Positions 37,222-46,904 of a DNA stretch of 64,000 nt are shown piece after piece (position 1 is the first letter of the stretch; each line of letters opens with the position of its first letter). Under the pieces are notes generated by a model, which was not told where the DNA came from, ran no database searches, and saw nothing but the letters and a program-made list of their open reading frames with translations. The DNA is from an uncultured Pseudomonas sp. (GTDB lineage: Bacteria; Pseudomonadota; Gammaproteobacteria; Pseudomonadales; Pseudomonadaceae), in assembly GCA_964453495.1 (NCBI GenBank), contig CAYVPI010000005.1, forward strand, positions 23,835-87,834. Reading direction: 5' to 3'. A program made the translations under genes and the position numbers.

Positions 37222-37667
37222 TGGCTGACCACATGCTCCGCACCGAACAAGACCGTACTCGGCTATTGGGCTACCTGCAGGGCCTGGACCTTACCAAGCC
37301 GCGCCGTATCGCCATCACCGAAGTACGCAACAAGCGCAGCGAAGCCCAGAATCGCCTGCTGTGGATGTGGAACGGGCTGATTCAAGAGCATCTGCGCGAC
37401 TCTTTCGGCCAGGTTGCCAGTTCCGAGGAGTGGCACGAGATCTTGGTGGCCAAGTTGTGGCCGGCTGAAGTTCACCCGGTCCTGTTGCCTGACGGCACCC
37501 GGTACCGTGTCGGCCGAGCCAAGACCCGCAAGTTCACAACCGTCCAGATGACTACCTACCTGGAACTGCTGGATGCGTACTGCGCTGAGCATCTACAGCT
37601 TCTGCTGCCACATCCTGACGACCTGATGATGGCGATCTACGGCGAGCGCCGGGGGAGGGCAGCATGA
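37218..37667 (+). CDS. NinB/YbcN-like protein
   Basis: KRSEAQNRLLW motif. Confidence 0.75.
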   Translation: MMADHMLRTEQDRTRLLGYLQGLDLTKPRRIAITEVRNKRSEAQNRLLWMWNGLIQEHLRDSFGQVASSEEWHEILVAKLWPAEVHPVLLPDGTRYRVGRAKTRKFTTVQMTTYLELLDAYCAEHLQLLLPHPDDLMMAIYGERRGRAA

Positions 37668-37966
37668 AGGTGGTCAGTCAGAAACTGCGCGACTCCGCGC
37701 GCGGGCAGTCCTGCACCCTGCGCCTGGCCGGATGCGGTTACGACAACGGGACTGTCGTCCTGGCTCACATTCCATGCGGCCAGAAAGGCATGGGTATGAA
37801 AGGTCCGGACGTGATTGCCTGCTTTGCCTGCGACAACTGCCACTCGATCATCGACGGCCGCCTCCGCGGTGAATACACCGACACGGACCTGCTCCGTGCA
37901 CTGGCCGAAACCCAACTGATCTGGATTAAACAGGGCCTCATGAGGGTTCCAGGAGTTGCAGCATGA
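37664..37966 (+). CDS. DUF1364-like nuclease-domain protein
   Basis: ARGQSCTLRL.GC...TVVLAH...ACDNCH motif. Confidence 0.8.
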   Translation: MKVVSQKLRDSARGQSCTLRLAGCGYDNGTVVLAHIPCGQKGMGMKGPDVIACFACDNCHSIIDGRLRGEYTDTDLLRALAETQLIWIKQGLMRVPGVAA

Positions 37967-38073
37967 ATTACGCATACATGCTTCTTGGGGTCCAGCTCAT
38001 TTGCTCGGTCTGGTGCCTGGCTGCCGGTGTCGCCATCGCAAGTCGACGGAAGGAGCAAGATAGAAAATGGTGA
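37963..38073 (+). CDS. 36 aa small membrane protein (absent from ORF track)
   Basis: MNYAYMLLGVQLICSVWCLAAGVAIASRRKEQDRKW; AGGAG RBS; ATGA and TGATG coupling. Confidence 0.55.
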   Translation: MNYAYMLLGVQLICSVWCLAAGVAIASRRKEQDRKW

Positions 38074-38453
38074 TGGCGAAGAAAGCAGTGCCCACCGAGC
38101 ACGAAGAGCAGAAGGCCGTGATCAGGTGGTTCGACTTGCAGTTCCCGGCGCTACGCGGTCGCCTTGTCGCGGTTCCGAATGGCGGTCACCGCAACAAAGT
38201 GGTGGCCGCAAAGTTGAAGGCCGAGGGCGTGCGCAAGGGATTCCTCGACCTGATGCTGCTGACGCCTCGCCATGGACATGCTGGCTTGATCATTGAAATG
38301 AAGCGTATCAAGGGCAGCCGGATCGAACCAGAGCAGGCCGACTGGCTCGATTGGTTGAACAGCCAAGGCTTCATGGCCGTTGTATGCAGGGGCTTCGACG
38401 CGGCGCGAGACACGATCAACAGTTATCTGGGGGAATCTTCATGCGCAAAGTAG
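38073..38453 (+). CDS. VRR-NUC domain nuclease
   Basis: EHEEQ...VPNGG.R...EGVRKG..DL...IEMK motif. Confidence 0.88.
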   Translation: MAKKAVPTEHEEQKAVIRWFDLQFPALRGRLVAVPNGGHRNKVVAAKLKAEGVRKGFLDLMLLTPRHGHAGLIIEMKRIKGSRIEPEQADWLDWLNSQGFMAVVCRGFDAARDTINSYLGESSCAK

Positions 38454-38803
38454 ACACGTTCTATCTGCTGACACAGTGGGGGATATGGCTGCGGTATGGT
38501 GACGGTATCCCACGGTACGTCTCTCCGCACTTTGCGCTGATGCGGGACAATATTGAGCAGCACTCAAGCGCGCCCAGGGCATGCGAAAGCGAGGAGGTTT
38601 GCATGATGATGGATGGCATTGTTGCCCGGTTGAAGTTGCGCAACGAGGAGATGGGCACGGCCCTGATCATCTACTACAGCTGGGGCATCAGCTATGCGGC
38701 TTTGGGCAAGCAAATGGGTATATCCAAAACCCGAGCTGAGTCCCTGGTGAAGTCTGCGGAGGTCTGGGTTGACGGCGTTCTTGATGAGCGATTGGCCGCT
38801 TGA
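38441..38803 (+). CDS. Q: Late antiterminator Q
   Basis: LLTQWG.W N-terminus, C-terminal HTH and AEVWVDG; precedes PR'. Confidence 0.8.
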   Translation: MRKVDTFYLLTQWGIWLRYGDGIPRYVSPHFALMRDNIEQHSSAPRACESEEVCMMMDGIVARLKLRNEEMGTALIIYYSWGISYAALGKQMGISKTRAESLVKSAEVWVDGVLDERLAA

Positions 38804-38888
38804 ATCGTCCGGACGGTTAATGTAGATTTGCCACTAAGTTGCGGTTTTACCGCTTCAAACAAGCCCGGCCACTGCGTCGGGTTTTTTA
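38800..38888 (+). promoter_or_regulatory. Late promoter PR' and terminator tR'
   Basis: TTGAAT-17-TAGATT with palindrome CGTCCGGACG in the spacer; hairpin AGCCCGGC...GTCGGGTT plus T-tract at about 38861-38888. Confidence 0.7.
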
Positions 38889-38981
38889 TTGGCCGTTCGT
38901 CCAATGCCCGGCACTCCCCACTCCCTTGTCGCCTCTCAACTTTAAGCGTGGATGTCCCGCGCACCAAAGCGGAGAGCCAGC

Positions 38982-39290
38982 ATGGAAATTGATGAGAATG
39001 CACCTGGTAACAAGTCGCAGCAGGACGTAACTCGCACTACAGACAATGAAGCAGGTCATGATCCTCGGCGTAATGAATCGGAGGTTCCTCTGGCACCGGA
39101 TGATGAGACACCGGTTGAGGAAGAGCTTTCTGACGTGGATGCCAACAATTCGGTATCAAGTGAGCATCCGGAAGCAGGGAGTAACAGCCGTGTCGATGAT
39201 CCTGACTCCGACCCTCAGATGAATGATCCGGACGAAAACGTTAAAGAGAACCGCGGCGTACCCGCAGCCGATCCTGAATCAGGTGCCTGA
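38982..39290 (+). CDS. Acidic low-complexity accessory protein
   Basis: GGAGA RBS; D/E/N/P-rich; own terminator GCCCGC-TCAGT-GCGGGC-TTTTT at about 39313-39335. Confidence 0.7.
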   Translation: MEIDENAPGNKSQQDVTRTTDNEAGHDPRRNESEVPLAPDDETPVEEELSDVDANNSVSSEHPEAGSNSRVDDPDSDPQMNDPDENVKENRGVPAADPESGA

Positions 39291-39466
39291 GTTATTGTCG
39301 AGCATCCAAATTGCCCGCTCAGTGCGGGCTTTTTTATACCTCCAGTTTACCCGTAGTCAGGCATAGCCAGGCTCTTTCGTTTTCGGCTCCGTCACACCCA
39401 CCGCTTTAAGTTGGGAGTGCGGTTGGAGCCGTTTCATATCCAGTCGTGTCCAACGGAGTCGAGCGC

Positions 39467-39793
39467 ATGGAGTATTTTCACCGCCTGCTCGAAAAACTCG
39501 ACTGGGCGATTGCAGGCCTAATCGGAGCTGTTGTCGCAAGCTGGTGGCACCGTGAGGACCTGACCAGCCGCAAGGCCTGGCTGATCTTTCTCTGTACGGG
39601 TGCCGCCTGTGCGCACTACCTGACCGGTATGGTCAGCGCCTATTTCGGCATCATTGAGCCCCGTAGCGTTGCCGGTGTCGGCTTTCTGCTGGGCACTTTC
39701 GGCGGCTCGCTTATCGCCGCTATTACTCGCGCCATCAAAGCCGCTGACCTCTGGGCCTTCATCCGGTCCAAGTTCGGGGGAGGCAGCCAATGA
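39467..39793 (+). CDS. Putative holin
   Basis: Three hydrophobic segments; first late gene. Confidence 0.7.
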   Translation: MEYFHRLLEKLDWAIAGLIGAVVASWWHREDLTSRKAWLIFLCTGAACAHYLTGMVSAYFGIIEPRSVAGVGFLLGTFGGSLIAAITRAIKAADLWAFIRSKFGGGSQ

Positions 39794-40146
39794 TCTTCGA
39801 ACATATCACCGGTTCCGCCGCTGGGGTCATTGCCATGTGGGCGACCTGGTGTGTGCTGAGCGGGAAGGTCCGCGACGGTGTGTTGGGCAAGCTCATCTAT
39901 GCAATCGTGGCTTTCAGCGGCTACGCGATCCTGGCCCGCACCGATCGCGTGTTCTCCGCCTCAGGTTCTGCCGAAGCAACGCTCTACGTCGCCCTGGCGG
40001 TTGCCGGCGTGCGCCATTGGTTCGTAGCCACGTACTGGAAGCAGGTCAAAGCCTGGATCTGCCGCAACCTGAACTGCGAGCAATGCCTGCACTGCGACCA
40101 GCGGCCCAAAGATCAGCGGGTAGAGCGCCGCAAGCCCTCGCACTAA
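39790..40146 (+). CDS. Phage membrane protein
   Basis: Three TM-like segments with a Cys-containing basic tail; ATGA-coupled to the holin. Confidence 0.65.
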   Translation: MIFEHITGSAAGVIAMWATWCVLSGKVRDGVLGKLIYAIVAFSGYAILARTDRVFSASGSAEATLYVALAVAGVRHWFVATYWKQVKAWICRNLNCEQCLHCDQRPKDQRVERRKPSH

Positions 40147-40167
40147 ACCTATCACCTGAGAAAGAAA

Positions 40168-40797
40168 ATGACGGATAAGCAAACACCCGACTGGGAGCGC
40201 ATTGAGCAGCTGTACCGGGCCGGTCTGCTTTCCGTGCGCGAGATTGCTGCGTCTCAGGGCATCACCCACGGCGCCATCAACAAGCGCGCCAAGCGTGACG
40301 GATGGGTGCGAGACCTCAAGGCGAAGGTTAAGGCGAAGGCCGATGCACTGGTATCCAAAAGCTTGGTATCCACTTCGGTATCCATGGATACCAAAGTTTC
40401 CGAGCGGATGGAGGTTGAAGCGAATGCCCAGGTCATTGCCAACATCCGCATTGGGCATCGAACCGACATTGGCCGGTACCGCAGATTGGCAAACAAGCTG
40501 CTGGAAGAGCTTGAAGGCCTGACCGACAACCGCGAACTGTTCGAGCAACTAGGTGAGCTTCTTGTGAGCCCGGATGACAGCGGCATGGACAGGCTGAATG
40601 ACCTTTATCGCAAGGTTATCGATCTGCCGAACCGCACCAAAGTCATGAAGGAATTGGGCGAGACCCTGAAGAACCTCATTGCTCTGGAGCGCCAGGCCTA
40701 CGACGTTGGCACCGAGCCTCCGGCCAACGATCTCAGCAAGATGAAGGAAGAAGAAATTGATCGCCGCATCGCCCAACTATCCGGTAACGCGAGCTGA
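40168..40797 (+). CDS. Terminase small subunit
   Basis: PDWERIE..YRAG.LSVREIA HTH, directly upstream of TerL. Confidence 0.8.
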   Translation: MTDKQTPDWERIEQLYRAGLLSVREIAASQGITHGAINKRAKRDGWVRDLKAKVKAKADALVSKSLVSTSVSMDTKVSERMEVEANAQVIANIRIGHRTDIGRYRRLANKLLEELEGLTDNRELFEQLGELLVSPDDSGMDRLNDLYRKVIDLPNRTKVMKELGETLKNLIALERQAYDVGTEPPANDLSKMKEEEIDRRIAQLSGNAS

Positions 40798-42217
40798 CAA
40801 ACTGGCACTGCTCGCGCTGCTTGAGGAAAAGGAGCGGCGAAACGCCCAGCGGCGATACCTGCTGCAGTTTGAGTCGCTGTATGAGTGGCAGCACAAGTTC
40901 GTGCGAGCCACTGCCGAATACTCGTCGTGCATGCTCATGGCGGCGAACCGGGTGGGCAAGACGCGCACCGGGCTGACTGTTGATGCCATGCATCTGCTGG
41001 GCGACTACCCGGAGAGCTGGCAGGGCCACAGGTTCGAGCATGCGCCGCTGTGCTGGTTGCTGGGTTACTCGATGGAGAAGACCCGGGACCTGCTGCAAAA
41101 GCCGATGTTCGGCAAGTACGAGAACGGCAAGTGGACTGGTGGCCTTGTCCCGGCTGAGCGGATCGTTGGTCACCTGTCGGCGTCCGGCACGCCAGGAGCG
41201 ATGAGGGAGATCACGGTCCGCCACGCGACTGGCGACCTGGCAACCCTTCAGTTCTGGTCGTACAGCCAGGGCCAACACGCACTGATGGGCGACAGCGTCG
41301 ACTGGTACCACATCGACGAAGAACCCGAAGACAAAGAGATCTACCCGCAGGTGTTAACCCGCACCGCGACAGGCGACAAGGGAGCAGGCGGCCGAGGTAT
41401 TCTCACCTTCACGCCTGAAAACGGCCGCACCGAGCTCGTTGTCCAGTTCATGGACTCGCCAGGTGAAGGCCAATACATGCAGCGCGCCACATGGGATGAC
41501 GCGCCGCACCTCACAGAAAAAACGCGCCGCGAACTGCTTTCTGCCTATCCAGCGTGGCAGCGCGACATGCGAACTAAGGGTATGCCATTGCTCGGTACTG
41601 GTCTGATCTTCGATTTCGGGGACGATGAGATCAAGTGCGCTCCGTTCGAATGCCCGCCGCACTTCTGGGTGGTCAACGGCATGGACTTCGGCTGGGATCA
41701 CCCGCAGGCCCATGTGCAGTTGTGGATCGATCTTGAGGCTGACGTGATCTATCTGGCCCACGCCTGGAAGAAGTCGAGGATCACCCCGAGCGCTGTCTGG
41801 GGATCGATCAAGTCGTGGGCCAAGAACGTTCCAACAGCTTGGCCATCGGATGGGCTTCAGTCTGAGAAGTCCTCTGGAGACCAACAACGCACCGCGTATG
41901 TAGAAGCCGGCTGGCAGATGATGGGCGACCACGCTACCTGGCCCGAGGGCGGCGTCGGCGTAGAGATCGGCCTTGTCGAACTGTACGAGCGCATGACAAC
42001 CGGTCGCTTCAAGGTGTTCTCGCACCTGAGTGACTTCTTCGAAGAGAAGATGAGCTATCACCGCGATGAGACCGGGAAGATCGTCAAGCTCAATGACGAC
42101 ATCCTCTCGGCGACTCGCTACGCCTACATGATGCGCCGCAACGCCTTGCAGCGCTTCCAGTGTGTGGACCAGGAAGCTGGCCAATTCCACGCCAACTACG
42201 ACCCATACGGTGCCTGA
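40757..42217 (+). CDS. Terminase large subunit
   Basis: AANRVGKT Walker A, YHIDEE Walker B, GMDFGWDHP and DDILSATRY nuclease motifs; start uncertain. Confidence 0.93.
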   Translation: MIAASPNYPVTRADKLALLALLEEKERRNAQRRYLLQFESLYEWQHKFVRATAEYSSCMLMAANRVGKTRTGLTVDAMHLLGDYPESWQGHRFEHAPLCWLLGYSMEKTRDLLQKPMFGKYENGKWTGGLVPAERIVGHLSASGTPGAMREITVRHATGDLATLQFWSYSQGQHALMGDSVDWYHIDEEPEDKEIYPQVLTRTATGDKGAGGRGILTFTPENGRTELVVQFMDSPGEGQYMQRATWDDAPHLTEKTRRELLSAYPAWQRDMRTKGMPLLGTGLIFDFGDDEIKCAPFECPPHFWVVNGMDFGWDHPQAHVQLWIDLEADVIYLAHAWKKSRITPSAVWGSIKSWAKNVPTAWPSDGLQSEKSSGDQQRTAYVEAGWQMMGDHATWPEGGVGVEIGLVELYERMTTGRFKVFSHLSDFFEEKMSYHRDETGKIVKLNDDILSATRYAYMMRRNALQRFQCVDQEAGQFHANYDPYGA

Positions 42218-42218
42218 T

Positions 42219-42539
42219 ATGTGCAGCAAGAACATCACGAAGGTGGTTAAAAAGCTCGACCCGCTGATGGGCGGCGACAAGGTCCTGGACAAGCTTGGCT
42301 TGCCATCCCTGATGGGTGAGAAGAACGGTGTCATGGCCACACCTGAAGTTGCCACCGCAACCGCAGCCGGCACCAGTGTTCCAGCCGCAACCACCAGCAG
42401 CGACAGCGTGCAGGCCGCGCTGGAAGCCGAGCGCCGTCGCCGTTTGGCAGCGTCCGGCCAAAACTCCACCATCCTGACCGGTAACACTGGCGTGCTCGGC
42501 AACGCCAACACCAGCCAGAAAACGTTGCTCGGGGTCTGA
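42219..42539 (+). CDS. Small virion-associated protein
   Basis: MC start and STILTG...KTLLG end, typical of the pre-portal gene of this podovirus type. Confidence 0.7.
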   Translation: MCSKNITKVVKKLDPLMGGDKVLDKLGLPSLMGEKNGVMATPEVATATAAGTSVPAATTSSDSVQAALEAERRRRLAASGQNSTILTGNTGVLGNANTSQKTLLGV

Positions 42540-42540
42540 C

Positions 42541-44235
42541 ATGACTGACTCCCTGCGCGACCGGCTGGAAAAGCGTTACACCAGACTCAAGGCTGATCGC
42601 GAAAGCTACTGGACTTCCGAGTGGCGTGAGCTCGCTGACTACATGAGCCCGCGCTCGATGCGCCGGGAAGGCGACGAGGTCAATAGCGGGAAGCGCCGGG
42701 ATCAGAAGATCATCAACCCTCGGGCCACCTTTGCGGCTCGCACTCTGGGCGCCGGCATGCACACCGGCATGACCAACCCGGCCAGTCCCTGGGTGAAGTT
42801 CGGTACCCCTGATCAAGGCTTGATGGAATACGCCCCGGTCAAGGCATGGCTCTACGCCGCCGAGAAGGCCATGCGCGAAGTGATGGCACGGTCCAACCTG
42901 TACAGCGTTCTGCCGGGCCGATACAGCGAAGAGGGCATTTTCGGCACTGCACCGATGGTTATCCTTCCGAATGAGAACGACCTCTTCCGTGCGTACCCAC
43001 TCGCCGTGGGCAGTTACATGTTGGCCAACAACAGTCGCAACCAGATCGACACGATGTTCCGCGACTTCAAGATGACTGCTCGCCAGATGGAACAGCAGTT
43101 CGGCAAAGAGGCGATGAGCCCCACGGCACGAGGCCTGCTCGACAATAACCCCGAATGTTGGGTCGACATCTGCCATGCCATTGAGCCGCGCGATGGCCGC
43201 GATAGTTCCAAGGCCGACGCGAAGAACATGCCGTTTCGTTCGGTGTACTGGGAAAAGAAAAGCGACAAGGACGAAACCCTGCGCGAATCTGGCTTCAAGG
43301 CGTTCCCGGTCATGGCGCCGCGGTGGGATGTATTGGGTGAAGACGTCTATGGCACAGGCCCAGGCTCGCAGTGCATCGGCTCGACCAAGGCTGTCCAGCT
43401 CATGGAGGCCCGGAAGGCTGAGATGCTGGAGAAGGGCGTACGGCCACCTATGGGTGCCCCAGCCAGCCTCAAGAACCAGCGTGCATCGATCCTGCCGGGC
43501 GATATCACCTACCTGACAGACATGTCGGTAGGCGCGAGGTTTGCCCCGTTGTACGAAGTGAACCCCGGCTGGATTGGTCAATTACGTGGTGAGATCCAGG
43601 CCGACAGCGACATTATCGACACTGCGTTCTTCGTCGACCTGTTCTTGATGATCAGCCAGATGGACAGCGTTCGCACAGCCTACGAGATCGCCACTCGCAA
43701 GGAAGAGAAGCTGCTGATGCTCGGGCCGGTGCTTGAGCGCCAAACCGACGATCTGCTCGACCCGCTGGTCGACATGGTCTTCAACTTGATGCTTGAACAG
43801 TCCGTTCCTCGGTGGATGGGCCTGTTGCCTGGAGCTCCATTGTTACCGCCTCCTCCGAAAGAGCTGGCCAACATGGATCTGCGTGTGGAGTTCACTAGCA
43901 TCCTCGCCCAAGCCCAGAAGGCAATCGGTGTGTCGAGTATTGAGCGTGCGATCGGTTTCGCCGGCCAGGTGGCCACGACCACGCAGAGCCTTGCACCGTT
44001 GGATCTGCTCGACGCAGACGAAGCTATGCAGCAGTACTTCGAACTCATCGGTGTTCCCCCAACACTGGTCCGCGCCGACGACGCTGTTGCAGCGATCCGC
44101 AAGCAACGTGCAGAGGCTGAACAGCAGGCGCAGATGCAGCAGCAACTGGGCAGTGTCATCGAGGGCGCCAAGACCCTCAGCGAGACCGACACCGGCAGCA
44201 ATAACGCTCTCACCCAGATCGCGGGGGCAATGTGA
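42541..44235 (+). CDS. Portal (head-tail connector)
   Basis: 564 aa; PRW....EDVYG.GP and TAYEI..RKEEKLLMLGPVLER motifs. Confidence 0.92.
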   Translation: MTDSLRDRLEKRYTRLKADRESYWTSEWRELADYMSPRSMRREGDEVNSGKRRDQKIINPRATFAARTLGAGMHTGMTNPASPWVKFGTPDQGLMEYAPVKAWLYAAEKAMREVMARSNLYSVLPGRYSEEGIFGTAPMVILPNENDLFRAYPLAVGSYMLANNSRNQIDTMFRDFKMTARQMEQQFGKEAMSPTARGLLDNNPECWVDICHAIEPRDGRDSSKADAKNMPFRSVYWEKKSDKDETLRESGFKAFPVMAPRWDVLGEDVYGTGPGSQCIGSTKAVQLMEARKAEMLEKGVRPPMGAPASLKNQRASILPGDITYLTDMSVGARFAPLYEVNPGWIGQLRGEIQADSDIIDTAFFVDLFLMISQMDSVRTAYEIATRKEEKLLMLGPVLERQTDDLLDPLVDMVFNLMLEQSVPRWMGLLPGAPLLPPPPKELANMDLRVEFTSILAQAQKAIGVSSIERAIGFAGQVATTTQSLAPLDLLDADEAMQQYFELIGVPPTLVRADDAVAAIRKQRAEAEQQAQMQQQLGSVIEGAKTLSETDTGSNNALTQIAGAM

Positions 44236-44537
44236 ACGCAGGCGAACAGAACGCGCAGGACCAGGCGAGAAAGCAAGAGAAGCTGGCCCGCCAGCAGGAG
44301 ATCAACGACTTCCGGTGGCTGATGAGTGACCCACGGGGGCGCCGGTTGATGTGGCGTGTCATGGGCAAGTGCCGGCTGTTTCAGCCGTCATTCGACCCCC
44401 ACGGGGGCATCACCAACTTCAACGAAGGCCAACGAAATGTTGGCCTTTTTCTTTTGAGCGAAATCAACGACGTGTGCCCACAGCGGTACGCCGAGATGGC
44501 CGCTGAGCACGCACCAACACCAGAGGAACGCGAATGA
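44232..44537 (+). CDS. Bbp19-like protein
   Basis: LMSDPRGRR..W...FNEGQRNVGL motif. Confidence 0.75.
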   Translation: MNAGEQNAQDQARKQEKLARQQEINDFRWLMSDPRGRRLMWRVMGKCRLFQPSFDPHGGITNFNEGQRNVGLFLLSEINDVCPQRYAEMAAEHAPTPEERE

Positions 44538-45220
44538 ACCGCCTGACCATGATGCTGATGGGCATGACCCTGATGAACGAAGCGCCAGTTGATGGCGCTC
44601 CTTCCGGGGGGGCCGATCCAGCCCCGGCGGACGCAGCGCCCGCCACCGACACCACATTGCTGACAACTCCACAAACTCCGCCAGCCGCTGACCCTAAACC
44701 CGAAAGCGGCAAGCAGGACCCGGAAGGAGACGCAAAGCCCAAGGACGAGGGCAAGCCTAAGGGTGCGCCTGAAGCGTACACCGACTTCACCTTGCCTGAA
44801 GGCTTCGAAATGGACGGCGCCGTCCTGGACGAGTTCAAGGGTATCGCGAAGGACCTGGGCATTAGCCAGGAGGCAGCGCAGAAGCTAGTCGACCTGCAAA
44901 GCAAGCTGGCCACCCAGCAAGCAGCACAGGCGCAGGAAGTCATGGTCCAGCAACGCCAGCAGTGGGCAGACGCCGTCAGGGCCGACCCGGAAATCGGTGG
45001 CGACAAGTACGACGCATCTGTGGCAACCGCCGTGAAGGTGGTCCAGTTCATCAACGACCCGCAGCTGACTCAGCTGCTCAACGACTCCGGTCTGGGTAAT
45101 CACCCGTCCTTGGTGAAAGCCTTCGTAAAGATCGGGAAGTCCATGTCCGACGACGCCTTCGTCCTTCCGGGCAGCCAAGTCGCCCCCAAAGAAATGAGCA
45201 TTGTTGACGCCTTCCGATAG
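44534..45220 (+). CDS. Capsid scaffolding/assembly protein
   Basis: Pro/Ala-rich N-terminus, PEAY.DF.LPEG and GLGNHP motifs; upstream of the capsid gene. Confidence 0.78.
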   Translation: MNRLTMMLMGMTLMNEAPVDGAPSGGADPAPADAAPATDTTLLTTPQTPPAADPKPESGKQDPEGDAKPKDEGKPKGAPEAYTDFTLPEGFEMDGAVLDEFKGIAKDLGISQEAAQKLVDLQSKLATQQAAQAQEVMVQQRQQWADAVRADPEIGGDKYDASVATAVKVVQFINDPQLTQLLNDSGLGNHPSLVKAFVKIGKSMSDDAFVLPGSQVAPKEMSIVDAFR

Positions 45221-45241
45221 GCGCACATAGGAGAAATACCG

Positions 45242-46237
45242 ATGGGCATCCTCACCGCTACCATGCCGACCCTGCTGGACAAATTCAGCCGGGAAGACAG
45301 CCAGAAGAAGATCATGAAGATCGTCGAGCTGATGGCAAAGCAGAACGACATCCTCATGGACGCCGAGTACCAGGAGTGCAACGACGGGTCCAAGCACAAA
45401 ACGACCATGCGTTCGGGTATCCCCGAGCCGACTTGGCGCCTGTTCAACAAGGGTATCCAGCCAAGCAAGTCGACCACCGTGCCTGTCCTCGACACTACCG
45501 GCATGATGGAAGACTACGGCTTGGTCGATAAGGCCCTGGCCGATCTGAGCGGCAACGCTGACGCCTTCCGCGTTTCCGAGAACATCGCCAAGCTACAAGG
45601 CTTCAACAACAAAGCCGCGCGCTACATGTTCTACGGCAACACCGGTTCCGAGCCAGAGGCGTTTCTTGGCCTGGCCCCACGCTACAACGACAAGGCAGCC
45701 GAATCCGGAGCGAACATTGTCGATGCAGGTGGTACCGGCTCCACCAACGCTTCGCTGTGGTTCGTGACCTGGGGCGAAATGACCACGCATCTGCTGTATC
45801 CGAAAGGCAGCGTGGCCGGCTTCCAGCATCGCAACCTGGGCGAAGACACCGTCAAGGACGCCACCGGTGGCGAGTACCAGGCGTATCGCGACCACTTCAA
45901 GTGGGATATCGGCATGTCCGTGCGTGACTGGCGTGCAAACGCTCGTATCGCGAACATCGATGTCACTGCACTGACCTCCGATGCGGCGACCGGCGCCAAG
46001 CTGATCGAGCTGATGATCAAGGCCTACTACCTGCTGGAAAACCCAATGCAGGGCGAAGGCCGCACCGTGATCTACGCCAACCGCACCCTGCAGACCTTCC
46101 TGCACCTGCAGGCCATGAACGCCAAGAACGTGAACCTGACCATCGGCGAATACGCCGGCAAGAAGATTCCCGAGTTCCTGGGCATCCCGATTAAGCGCGT
46201 CGATGCGCTGCTCAACACCGAAGCCCGCGTAGTCTGA
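45242..46237 (+). CDS. Major capsid protein
   Basis: 331 aa; FYGN...PEAF.GLAPRY, VRDWR...RIANID, GIPIKRVDALLNTEA (epsilon15/BPP-1 type). Confidence 0.9.
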   Translation: MGILTATMPTLLDKFSREDSQKKIMKIVELMAKQNDILMDAEYQECNDGSKHKTTMRSGIPEPTWRLFNKGIQPSKSTTVPVLDTTGMMEDYGLVDKALADLSGNADAFRVSENIAKLQGFNNKAARYMFYGNTGSEPEAFLGLAPRYNDKAAESGANIVDAGGTGSTNASLWFVTWGEMTTHLLYPKGSVAGFQHRNLGEDTVKDATGGEYQAYRDHFKWDIGMSVRDWRANARIANIDVTALTSDAATGAKLIELMIKAYYLLENPMQGEGRTVIYANRTLQTFLHLQAMNAKNVNLTIGEYAGKKIPEFLGIPIKRVDALLNTEARVV

Positions 46238-46274
46238 ATGACTGCGCGGTTTCCCCGATTCAGGAGAGACCATC

Positions 46275-46667
46275 ATGCTTTTCGACGCAAAGCTGCTCAT
46301 GTCGAGCGCCCAGGCAATCACTGCCTCTGCCGTTTCGACCGACACCATCGACCGTGGCGACACTAAAGATGTGGGTAAGGGCGGTGACATTCCGCTCTTG
46401 ATCCAGGTGGTCGAGACCTTCAACACCCTGACCAGCCTGACCGTGGAGCTGCAGACCGATGACAACTCGGGCTTCAGCACGCCACGCTCTCTGTTCTCGG
46501 TGGTGATTCCTCTGGCCGACCTGAAGCTGGGTTACCAGACTTCGGTGATCACCCTGCCTCAGAAGACCGAACGCTTCCTGCGCCTCAACTACACCGTCAC
46601 CGGCACCAACCCGACACTGGGAATGGTGACGGCTGGCATCGTCGCGGGAGTGCAGACCAATGCCTAA
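46275..46667 (+). CDS. Capsid cement/decoration protein (Bbp16-like)
   Basis: LQTDDNS.FS and RFLRLNYTV motifs, right after the major capsid gene. Confidence 0.8.
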   Translation: MLFDAKLLMSSAQAITASAVSTDTIDRGDTKDVGKGGDIPLLIQVVETFNTLTSLTVELQTDDNSGFSTPRSLFSVVIPLADLKLGYQTSVITLPQKTERFLRLNYTVTGTNPTLGMVTAGIVAGVQTNA

Positions 46668-46848
46668 GGCCTACGAGGTACTGGAGCGGTCGTTTATCAA
46701 CGGCCGGCTATATGAGAAGGGCGATACGGTCGTGCTTGAAGTCGACAGCCCAGGTGGCAACCTGAAGCCGTTCAAGGCCGATCCCAAGACGAAAGCCGAG
46801 AAGGCCGACCCCAAGGCGACGGACGACGCTGATCTGCCCGACGCCTGA
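46660..46848 (+). CDS. Phage hypothetical protein
   Basis: 62 aa, followed by hairpin GGGCCC-TTCG-GGGCCC. Confidence 0.65.
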   Translation: MPKAYEVLERSFINGRLYEKGDTVVLEVDSPGGNLKPFKADPKTKAEKADPKATDDADLPDA

Positions 46849-46904
46849 TCCATCGCAGTACCCTTGGGCCCTTCGGGGCCCTTTCTCTTTTCTGGGACTC
46901 CCGA

